Assembly (NCBI RefSeq): GCF_963676685.1
Contig: NC_092352.1
Span: 20,708,001 to 20,772,000, forward strand
Direction: 5' to 3'
Source of the DNA: Mytilus edulis
Taxonomy: Eukaryota
DNA: 64,000 nucleotides
How positions within the stretch are numbered: the first letter of the stretch is position 1; each line of letters begins with the position of its first letter. Below, one piece after another: positions 24,901 to 36,900 of this stretch. Position numbers and translations under genes: made by a program. A model generated the notes under the pieces. It was not told where the DNA came from, made no database searches, and saw nothing but the letters and a program-made list of their open reading frames with translations.

Positions 24901-27900
24901 CATGATAGATCATTTAAAATGGAGAGACCTCACACACAGAAGAACAGATGCACGCCTGGTCATGTTCTTTAAAATCACATATCATCTCATTGCAATCACA
25001 AAAACAGACAGACTAATTCAACCGCTCAGACAGTCCAGGAACATGCACACACTCTCATACCAAATTCCATCCTGCAGAACACAAATAAGACAACAATCAT
25101 TTTTTCCACGCACAATTAAAATCTAGAACAACCTTACTCTGAGTATTGTGATGAGCGACTCTATAGAGTCCTTCAAAGTAGCCGTCTCCACCTACACCTA
25201 CAGTCAGTAAATTCATCATGTTTAAAAATAATAAATTAAAAATATGCACTACCACTATGTAAAATTTTTTTTGTTTTTTGTTTATTATCACAAATTTGTT
25301 ATATTTCACTGTATATATGTCTTCACAAAGCAATGCGAAGTACAAGTGACGTAAACTTCAACGTGTTGAAGGCGGTCATTATAAAGTAGAAGCAGAAGAA
25401 GTAGAACATATAGCAGAAAATGTACAATTTCTTTTTTGGTCAGACAAATCGTAAACCCGTTGGGCACAGACATTACTATGTATAATGTTGTGAATCGTCT
25501 CCCAAAATTATGGGATATAATACAAATGAAACATAAAATTACTTTGCAAAAAAGGTTGTTTGAGAGTAAAGGAAAAATATCAAAGATGATTTGGGAAATG
25601 GACCCCCATTTGTTTGTGATATACATCTGTAGGACACTAGCTGTCAAATTCATGTTCACCGATAGTCACGTTAACAGGATACAATTCAAATCATAAACAT
25701 AAATAGATGTATTGGCCTCGTGCAAATGTTTTTTTCTATGTTGTTTGATTTCAATTTTAAGGTTAACATGGTTAAAGAAATCAGTTAATTTTCAATTTTA
25801 CCTGTATAAGAATGATTTTTTGTGGGTCGAATCAGTCAATCAATTTACCTTTGTTTCACTTTCAATGTTGACATTCTTTTTCTTTTGATAGCCTAACACA
25901 CATCAATCATGCATAATCCATCTTTAGCTAAGCATAAGGGTTTATATTGAAGTTCACATGAATATGGAATTCATTTAGGTCGAATTATTCACTTGCAAGT
26001 GAATAATTCATCATCATGGTTTCTTAGCAAAAATCTAGAATCTAGAAATCCAGATGTGGTAATTTATGCATGCTTAAAAAAATTTATGAAATTCCCAATG
26101 TTGTGACAACTTTTCACTTATTTTTTGTCAATTTTATTATCATGATTATACTTTTAACGATTTAGTCAGCCAAAGAAGTTAATATTAAGCAACTATGTAT
26201 ATATGTACTATTTGAAAGTTGACTCTCTTATAATTATATATCTTTTTCTGTTTTAGTTTTGCAGTGAGTCAGAAGCATGAAGCTTTTTATACGGGTGGAA
26301 AAATACAGGTAAAACTTTGCTCATGAAATTTAATCCTTTTAACAATGTTTAAGCAATATCAGCTAGTTATTAATACATGTATTATGATTTTATAGATATA
26401 AATAGATTCAAAATTTGTTTTATAAAGAAATTGCAAAAAAAAGTATTAATAAAAACTCCCCATATCTGTTTTTTTTTCTAAAATCAGCATTGAGCACGCC
26501 TATTTAATGAGATGTTCAAAAGCTATGAGATCATTTCAAAAAGGATAATTCAAAAGCTATATTAAGAACTTTTATTGTAATACAAAAAAGCATGCAGATA
26601 AATCTGCAATTTTCAATGAAAATAAGGGTTCCCACTCTTATCTTCAAAACCCATTTTATTTTATGTCAGTCCTGCCAGGAAATGCCATTGAGTTACAAAA
26701 TCAATGAAAATCCTTGAATTTCTGCAGCCTGACAGCAGTGTGTTGTAAAATTTTAAGTAATCCTTTTGAAATTGCACACTTCACATAATTTTCAGCCCTG
26801 GTATTTACAAACTTCTCACCACTGTAATCAATTACAGCACACTTCCCATTATTTCCAGTAAACAATAACATCTGTACAGGAATGACAGGGAGGCTTATCC
26901 AGATTGTCTGAAAGTCAAAAGTATCTTATGGATTCTTCACCTATGTCTTCTTTGAAAATAAATTAATAATTTTGAAAAATCCTTGAATATTTTTTTGTTA
27001 CTAGAATAGTAGGAACCATAGACCTTTAAAATCGTATAGAAATGCTGGATATGATAGAATTTGCGAAAGGTAATAGAATGAATATGTTAGTAATGGATAA
27101 TATTTTTTTTCTTCAGAGAAGTCAAAATGGAGAACTTTTATTTTGTGGGTGTGGCAACAAAGTGAATGTCCTCGATGTAACAACTGGGAAAGTAACAGAA
27201 ACATTAGAGCAGGTTGGTACAATATATAGTTATTGGATGTAACAACTGGGAAAGTCACAGAAACATTAGAGCAGGTTAGTACAATATATAGTTCTCGGAT
27301 GTTACAACTGGGAAAGTAACAGAAACATTAGAGCAGGTTGGTATAATATATAGTTCTTGGATGTTACAACTGGGAAAGTAACAGAAACATTAGAGCAGGT
27401 TGGTACAATATATAGTTCTTGGATGTTACAACTGGGAAAGTAACAGAAACATTAGAGCAGGTTGGTACAATATAAAGTTCTTGGATGTTACAACTGGGAA
27501 AGTCACAGAAACATTAGAGCAGGTTGGTACAATATATAGTTATTGGATGTTACCACTGGGAAAGTAACAGAAACATTAGAGCAGGTTGGTACAATAGCTC
27601 TTGGATGTTACAACTGGGAAAGTAACAGAAACATTAGAGCAGGTTGGTATAATATATAGTTCTTGGATGTTACAACTGGGAAAGTCACAGAAACATTAGA
27701 GCAGGTTGGTACAATATATAGTTCTTGGATGTTACAACTGGGAAAGTCACAGAAACATTAGAGCAGGTTGGTACAATATATAGTTCTTGGATGTTACAAC
27801 TGGGAAAGTCACAGAAACATTAGAGCAGGTTGGTACAATATGTAGTTCTTGGATGTAACAACTGGGAAAGTCACAGAAACATTAGAGCAGGTTGGTACAA

Positions 27901-30900
27901 TATATAGTTCTTGGATGTTACAACTGGGAAAGTCACAGAAACATTAGAGCAGGTTGGTACAATATATAGTTCTTGGATGTTACAACTGGGAAAGTAACAG
28001 AAACATTAGAGCAGGTTGGTACAATATTTAGTTCTTGGATGTTACAACAGGAGAGATCTTGGTCGTAATGAAAAATACAAACACATATATTCTGAACGAA
28101 AACACAGGGAAAATTACAGGCATATCAGAACATGTTGGTTCAAAATTTCCATTATAAAACATTACACCTTTTTGGTTTGAATAGAAGTGAAAGTGTCAGT
28201 TATATTCCTGAAAAGAATAAAATGTTATTTTATGAATGTTTCTGTTTATGTCACCCCATAAGCTCCTAATGACCTTATTTGTCTAAATTATATGTGTATA
28301 GAAATCAAATAATGAAATTGATTTCTACCTGGTTAAAACGGTGTGCTAAAAGATTTATTTTATTTACTCTCCCAGACAGTATAAAATGTAACAAGAGGCA
28401 AACAATAATAATTCATATAATATACAGAGTATAGCATTAAAAATATACATACATTTGTTTTTGTAATGTACAACAAATTAAGAGTACAACTGACCTTATC
28501 TGGCCTTTACCTGCCTTTTAATTGTAGCACATAATTAATATAACCGTGATGAGTAGCTTTGCTTGACCCAAATTAGTTCAATTTTTGGGTATTCCTAATT
28601 TCGACCAGTTAAAACAAAAATACTAGCAAGGAAAAGAGGTGAATATGTATGTCTCTCTATATTTACTTCTAAAAGCAAGGTGCACATCCATATACAAGGC
28701 TGCAATAACCATCAATAAATTTTTAGCTTTTATGATGAAAATTACCTTCAGTTTTTAGCTCATCTGGAAAAAGGTAATGTGATCTATTGTCATAGCATGA
28801 AGAAAAAAACCCTTACAAAACAATGTAGTTTGTCTTTGTATTGTCCCTTGAATGACTACATCATTATCCATTTGATCCCAGTACATCATCAAAACCCACT
28901 GAATAAGAAAACAACCCCAACTAATTATAACCAAACAAACATAAAATCTTAAAACCTCTAACATGACAACTGTTTCAATTTGATAACTAATCGTTCAATG
29001 ACTCAAAGAATGTTCAAATTTTAGCCGGCCATTGGTTAAATCCCTAAATGTAACTTGAAGGAATAAGTAACAAAAATAACCCATCAAAATGCCCATTGAC
29101 TGAACAGGTATGAGGTAACATACATTTGTGTTTCTCTATTTTAAGAGGGTGGTAAAGGGTTTATTTCGTGCAGTGTGTTTTGCCATTTTTATGTGCAGCC
29201 GTGAAAAAGGTTCCTTATTCACCTTGGTTCATGAAATTGGTAAAGAGATCAACATGCAAGAATTTTTTAATTTCTCGTTCATCTTAAAATGGCAATTTTA
29301 TTTCGTGTTCTTCTGTGCAGATATCCCCCCCCTTTTATGCCCCTCTTTTAACAGTTATACATGTTTACAGAGTAAGATAAATTATATATTTTACATGTTT
29401 TGGGAGGAAGATAAATTATATGTTTTCATGTTTTAGGAGGAAGATGAAGAAATCACCTGTTATTGTATCACACCTGATGACAAGGTAAATATTTTATTAA
29501 ATTTCAAATGAGATTCACTGGGCAATGTTTTCAGAACATTAGCCAGAATATATTTTCTTTTTTAAAACACAAATACCTCAACATTTATTTCCATATGATT
29601 TCAATGTGACAGAAAATTGATTGATAGGCTTCATATCCATAAAATAAGTTTGTCCAACAAACTAGAAATACAACAATCAATGACGACAGATTTTTTTGGT
29701 TTATAGAATTTAAAATTCAAGCAGTGAACATATTCCTATATATATATATATTGATGAATTGTAATTTAGTACTTCAAGCTTAGTAATGCCTTTATTTTAA
29801 CTCTAAATTTAATTATGTGAATTGCTATCCTCATTTTACAAATTGAGAAACTAAATATTTGTTTAACTGAAACTTATAAAACTTATAATAGTCTTCACCA
29901 GTTCATTATCAACTCCGAGGAGTCGATATTAAAAATTGAACGATGGACAGTCAGTGCGTGAATTTTTCTTGCTACCTGATTGGAAGATATTACGAGACGT
30001 GAATAATCAAAGTTTGTTGATTGGTTAGGACAATCCAAACCTAGTAAATGTCCTTCAATCCCGTAGAGTATTGGATTTGTCCTCTCTATTTTAGCAATTA
30101 GATTTTGCCTGGTCATTAATCATGCATATTCATGATATTGGTACACAGGTAACTTTTATCTATATATAGTCGAATCTTCTGGAGTTTCGTAAACAACAAC
30201 GTTAAACGATATATACTACTTCATAACGTGTGACCTCACGTGTGTGGTAAAATTTGTTGATTGATGCATGTGGCTATTCTTGTAAATAAATTAATATACA
30301 AAGCGAGAGCACTTTCCATTTTCATCAGCTAAGAGTAGACTAGCCCTTTTTGAAAGGCTAATGCTTGTTGTCACATTATACTTGAATTGTTTTTCCTTTT
30401 TCATTTTTGGGCAGTAAGAGTTAGTTATCCTTCGTTCCACATATACAAAAGAGGGACGAAAGATACCAAAGGGACAGTCAAACTCAAATCTAAAACAAAC
30501 TGACAATGCCATGGCTAAAAATGAAAAAGACAAACAAAAAACAGCACACATGACACAACATAGAAAACTAAAGAATAAACAACACGAACCCCCCAAAAAA
30601 CATGGGGTGATCTCAGGTGCTCCGGAAGGGTAAGCATATCCTGCTCCACATGTGGCATCCGTCGTGTTGCTTATGTGATAACAAATCCGGTAAATAGTCT
30701 AATTACAATGTAGGCAACTGACTCTTCTCATAAAAAAAATAAAAATACATTTGTGTCTGTATTTTATTTCTCATTTACATGTTGTACTGTTAAATTAATC
30801 ATCCTTAATCAGATTAGGATTTTTGATATTTTGATTAGGAAATAAAATATCTTTATCTTATCTTTAGTATTGGTTATCTTAGCTTATCAATTTATACAGA

Positions 30901-33900
30901 GTTTTGAAGTGAAGTTTTGGCCTTTCCTGGATAACTTGAACTATAAATTTTGAACAGTTGTGCACAGAACATTTAACAGAATTAAGTGAAGTTGAAACTT
31001 AGATTCATATGATCAGAGCTATAAATTGTATTTGTCTTTTTTTCAGTATTTGATTGTTGCTACAAGACATTTAGTTCTTAGACAATGGTTATGGAAGGAG
31101 AAATCTATAACAAGAACATGGAAAGTAAGATATATAAGTTCATTAGTTTGTCAGAATCCTTGTTTGTGCAAACAAAAATCTCCTTGTTTTTATAGAAATC
31201 AGAAAAACAGTGCTTCTTACAAATTAAGAAAACACTGTTTAATCAAATAAAACACATTTAGGTATATATATTGAATTTCCTGCTCAAATTATTTTTTAGC
31301 TTTATTGTTACCAATTACTATCATAACTATGAAGTTAGGAAAGCATTTTAATAGATTTTTTTTTTTTTTTTTTTTTGACAAAGTACAATGAAATTTCAAA
31401 GATATGTGTGGCATTGCTCCAAGATTGCTCTTAAAAATGGCTTTACCGGTAATGTATTCCAGTAATATCATGTTATATTTGCAAAGCATTCATATTGATA
31501 TGAGATATTTGTTTTAAGATGATTAATCTTTGCTAAGAGCCTTTGAATTGAGAGATGAAGGGTGTTTAGGAATAGACATGTTACACAAAATGTACTATAA
31601 AAGGAAACCCAGCAGGTTCAACAAGTTGTTGTTTTAAAGCCTTTTTCTTTGTGATTTAAAAGATAAATAATAATTCTAGAATACTGCAGGTCTCTCGGGC
31701 TTATGATTGGACCTAAATTACAAATACTTTTTTTTTTTTAAAGAATCCAAGAGTTGCTGGTTTATTAAAAAAAAATGCATGAGATTATAGTTTTTAACTT
31801 TTATATAAAACATGCTTTTTTGTAGGCAATACATAACTCTGCAGTGACAGCAATGACTTTTGATAAGACGTCTACATTATTAGCCACTGGAAGTTCTGAT
31901 TCATCAATTAAATTATGGGATATAGAAAGACAATACTGTACACATAATCTTAGAGGTCACCAAGGGGTTGTCAGGTATTTATAGATAGAATATTTTGGAT
32001 GTAATATTTCATTCATACATTGTAATCTACAATGATACATATATACTTTAGAATTATCTGTAATCCCTCCATATGTTACTTATTGTTCTAGGAAAAGTTT
32101 TGGAATGTATGTATGTTCCGTATCTCCCTCCTTTAGTAGGAGCACCACCATGGGTTATGGTGTAAAAAGGAAGACATTTAACACACTGTATCGATACAGA
32201 TTTAATGTGAACATTTGCCTATCCAGTTTCCCAGCCTGGCCGTGACGGGTCTTACTACCAGAAAGTTAACCTTCCCTAAAACAATAAGTATAATGTAATA
32301 AAGCATACGAACACACCCACTCACCTGACTCGCTCATCCTCAAAAATATAAAAAAAATTGCATAATATAAGAAAAACATTATATACAAAATAAAGGATAA
32401 GGTCACCCTGGATGCCGCACAAATGCCTAGACAACGAACGGGAAACCGGAGAGGACATACTTGGAATCCAAACCGATACCGCTAAATGCCCTGCTGTATT
32501 CCTGGTAGAGGAAAGCCGAAAATCCTATGATAAAGGATCTCGGAAAGAAACTACCGATCCACTAGGGGAACAGCTAAAACCCTCAGACATCAAATAGATT
32601 AGTCTGATAGTTTCCCACATGGAAACTACTAATGGATCCCATCTGACTACATATTTTATTCCTGAAATTATATTTTTTTTTTCAAAGCAAGATATCACCA
32701 GGTTTAAAAACACTACTAAAAATACAGCTTAGATGAAGAAAAGAGAATGGAATTGAAAGACTGAAGATTTTTTTTTCTATAAACTAGTTATTCATGAGTT
32801 AAAGTGAGCAAATACAGAAAGATTCATAGGCGGAATCCAAGGGTTCAGGGGTCCAGGCCCCCCCCTTTTGTGGGAAAAATTTTGGTTGTTATATAGGGAA
32901 TCACTGAGCATGACTTTAAAAGTCTATAAATTATTTCGTAGTGAGCAACTCCCACATATAAATTCATTTTGATCTCTAGTATGTTCAAACTACAAATTTA
33001 ATTGTGACATAAATCAAGTGGAAAAGCTATGTTTGTTAACAACAACAGGTAAATCTTAAATTATGTTTACAGCGTTGTAGAATTCCATCCAATTCAAGAG
33101 AAGCTCCAGTTATTTTCTTCAGCCAATGATAACAAAGTAAGGGTCTGGGATCTAGTGAAAAGTACCTGTATAGCTGAAATAGAGGCTCATTTCAGTGTTG
33201 TTACCTCCCTTTGTTTCTCTATTGATGGGAAGACATTATACAGGTATGTACAACACTGTTGTCTTATTAGAAAATTTTAATGCTATATGTTTGAATATAA
33301 GTAGGTCAGTTGTAGGGGAAAAAAACAGCATTTTCATAAAAAGCACAAAAGAAATATGTTGAAAGGTGATGACTTTCAAATACTAGAAGGAAAAATCTTT
33401 ATAATTTTTAGTTTATGATGTTACTTTAGATCCTTGAAGGTCTTTCTTAATCCTGATATTCATACTTTAAAATCTAAGAAATAACCCAAAACTAGAACAT
33501 CATAGAAGTATTATGATAACACCTGTTTATTGAACTAATATTACTGAGAATTTCTAACACATGTTTAATATATTTTCAGTGGTGGAAGAGACAATATACT
33601 GGCTGTATGGGATGTAGAAAAATTACAAGTTATCAAAACTATTCCTATTTTAGAGGTAATTTTTACTTTCATGCTAATGGTAGAAATTCATTTATTTTAT
33701 GTGTTTTGTGATAAAAATATCTTTCAGGCATTATTTAGATATTAATACACTTAAATTCGATCAATTTTCGACAGAAACAATTCATACATATATCATGCTT
33801 ATTTTTTAAGATCTTGTATTTGAAAGCGCTTTTAGATACAGCTGAATTAATATGGAGACTATACTTTACTATTTTATAGAATGTAGAATCAGTGGTACTA

Positions 33901-36900
33901 CTGCCAGAGAATTCAGAATACCCAAATTTAAATGTAACAGAAGATGGAAATCATGTTATTACTTTTGGAAGTAAAGGTAAGATAGTAAACTGAGGGGGGG
34001 GGGGGGGGGTCGGAGGGGTCCTGATCCTGAAATCCCGGGCTTAAAAACATGAAATCCTGAGTTCCAAATTTAAAGAAATTTAAATCTCAGCATCCCAAAA
34101 CTCGAAAAAAGAATTCTCGAATTCCCGAAAAGATCAATCCCGAAATCCCAAGCTTAAAAACACCTGATCCCAGAGTCCCTATAAAGGTCTGACCCCCTTC
34201 TAAACTGCTAACAATATTGTCTAATGTGAGATTTGGATTTATTTTTGCTCAGGGATAACTACTGGCATGATTTCTTATTCTAAATTTAAAAATAATCAGA
34301 TTTTACAGAAACTTCCATTATCAATAGATGACTGCTGATTGTTTGAGCTAGTTTATAGTTTCTTTTTGTTTTATGGCTTTCAATAAATTTATACATCTTA
34401 CTTACTTACTAATTAAAAATCCTAACAAACCATCAAATGAAATACTTTATTGTACCCCCCCCCCCCCCCCTCATCTTTTCTGAAATTGCTGTAAAGTGCA
34501 GTGACAGGGTAGTCCATCTGATTTTTGTCCAACTACCTGTCGGTCTGTATTTCATATTTGGACATCAAATAGCATTTTGACCGATAGTAGTGATTTACTG
34601 TATTTGACTGTAACTGGTCACTTTAACATGCTGATTTGTCCATAATTTTTCTCTAATTAATTTAATTAATAATTTTTTTCAGGGTCTATGAAAATATGGA
34701 ATGTTAAAAAATCAAAATGTGTATTTTCCAAATTTATGGGACTTGGATTAAAGTCTGAGACAGAAACTGGAAGCCAAACTATAACACAAGCCTGGTTTAC
34801 TGAATCAGAACAAAACTTGACAGTTGTAGTGGCTGACCATACTATATCAATGTATAATATAGAAAATATTGAAATACAAAAACAGGTGAATATAATAAAC
34901 ACATTAAACCATGTATATAGGAATTGGGAATATCAAATTACAAATATCAGTAGGAATATTACTAGGAATTTTAAATATTTATAATTGTGGACAAAAGTTG
35001 TTTGATAATAACCCATATTTTCATTTAATTTCACATTGTCCATAAATACAAGAAAGAAATACAGAATTTCCCGTTATTATATAACGATGTAACAGACCTT
35101 TTATGCAAAAGAATAAATTATATCAGTTATTCATTCTGACAGAATAAAAGAAAATATCATATAGTCAATTGGATAAGTGAACATTCTTCATCTACTCTGC
35201 AGAGCATTCAATAAAAATAATTACAGAATGGTTCTTGAATACCATACACTTATATTGTTGTTCAGCTCAATCAATATTATATTTTCTCACAAATGATAAT
35301 TTGTTATGTTGTTTGAAGTCCATGTCTTATGAACAAACTACGCTTTTGTTATTTACATGAAAAAATGGTACTGAAGGCTCAGATTTTCCCAATGCTGATA
35401 TAATAAAATAAAATAACAGAACAAGATCTTTAATCAGTTTTGCTCTAAGTATTCATAAATCTTGATAAAAAAAATGGTTGGTTTGTATTGACAAATATCT
35501 TCCTCTATTCATAATATTAAAATACCATTACCTTTATTATGTTTATGTATCCAATAACAGATTCAAACAATGTTACAAACAGAATGTTGAATTTAATCAT
35601 GGTGTTGACAGTTTATTTTTGTATAATTGTATCAATAAACCAATTTTTGGAGACGTTTCGGCCATTGGCCTTCTTCAGTTTTTTATTTAAAGCTTATTTT
35701 GGACTATGGAGTTTGAATGTACCTCTGGTATCATTTGCCTTTCTAGCTCTAAACTGTTATGAGTCTAGACAATTTGTGGATGAACTTAACACAAATATCC
35801 CATTTTCCTTTCAGTTTTGTGGCTATACAGATGAGATATTAGATTTGCAGTTTATTGGTAAAGATGACTCTCACCTAGTTGTTTGCACAAATTCAGAAAA
35901 TTTGAAAGTTTACAATGTGAAAACTTGGAGTTGTCAAATATTACATGGTCATACAGATATTGTACTGAGTGTAGCTGTCCACAAAGATACAAATATGATA
36001 GCTACTGCATCTAAGGTAAGTACTTAATTAGCTCACCTTTAATCGTTAGTGTTAATGTTAAAAAAAGAGGACAAGTATGTTTTATCTTCATGTAATCAAG
36101 AGATCTTTATAGAATTAATTAGATTTATCATATACTTAGCATTGATATGATAGCTTTTGCATATGTGTAATGAGCGGATGTACACAAGCCATAATTTCCC
36201 ACCCGGTCTGATAACCCATATTAGCCCGGGCTGATAACCCATATCAGGGGCGTCTCGTGCAAAAACCCATAACAGTGCTTTTCGTGCAAGTTACTTCCGG
36301 TGTTTCTGGTATCGATTGTTGACTTTTCCATTGTGACGTCAGATATTTTTTATGACGACGTCAAAATTTACGGGAACTTTTGTCCCCAGTTTAGTACTTG
36401 CTAACAAATGCCCTTGACAATTTAGAATCATTTTATAGTACAACAAACATGGAGTAATAATGATCATAAAACTCTTCCAAATTTTCAATGTTTCAAAATG
36501 CCTCTATAGCAAATGTTACCATACATAGATGTAGTGATGCTGTTGTTGGACAATTATAGTATATTTGATTCATAATTTAACTTCTTTATAAAGTTTTTGA
36601 CTGTTTTAGTTATTGCATTTGTTTATTTGCCTTATTTAGTCCTGGTATCTATAATGAGTTTATTTACATAAAACTATTGTCGGAAGTATATGATAAAGCG
36701 ATTAATACATGGCCTTTTCCATATCAGCCTGGGTATCATTCCTCGACCCATATCAGCACCTCGACTCCATCTCGGGCTGATATGGGGGTCTCAAGATGAT
36801 ACCCAGGCTGATATGGAAAAGGCCATGTATTAATCTCTATATAATCATTGTTCTTATGTTAAATTATAAGGTGTTATGGTTTATAAGATATATTGTTGTA

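Larger units (their letters stand above)
16141..25410 (+). mobile_element. 5'-truncated CR1/jockey-group LINE, split by a 7.1-kb insertion (16339-23465) and a small repeat (24530-24759)
   Basis: RT fragments at 16141-16338 resume at 23466 (DFxKAFDKVSH, SGVPQGSVLGP, FAD, LEYACSVWDP). 3' end GTTGAAGGCGGTCAT plus (AGA)-rich tail. Related to the 11600-13716 copy. Confidence 0.9.

Noticed and set aside
11600-25410. The two opposed LINE copies as arms of one large inverted-repeat element
   Set aside because: They are clearly diverged from each other, have different truncation points, and each has its own 3' tail: independent insertions.
25982-26009. 28-bp perfect palindrome GAATTATTCACTTGCAAGTGAATAATTC as a regulatory site
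   Set aside because: Real, but isolated; no supporting context, probably a repeat remnant.
27174-28048. CRISPR-like array
   Set aside because: Units are wholly repeated with no unique spacers; eukaryotic intron context and no cas genes.
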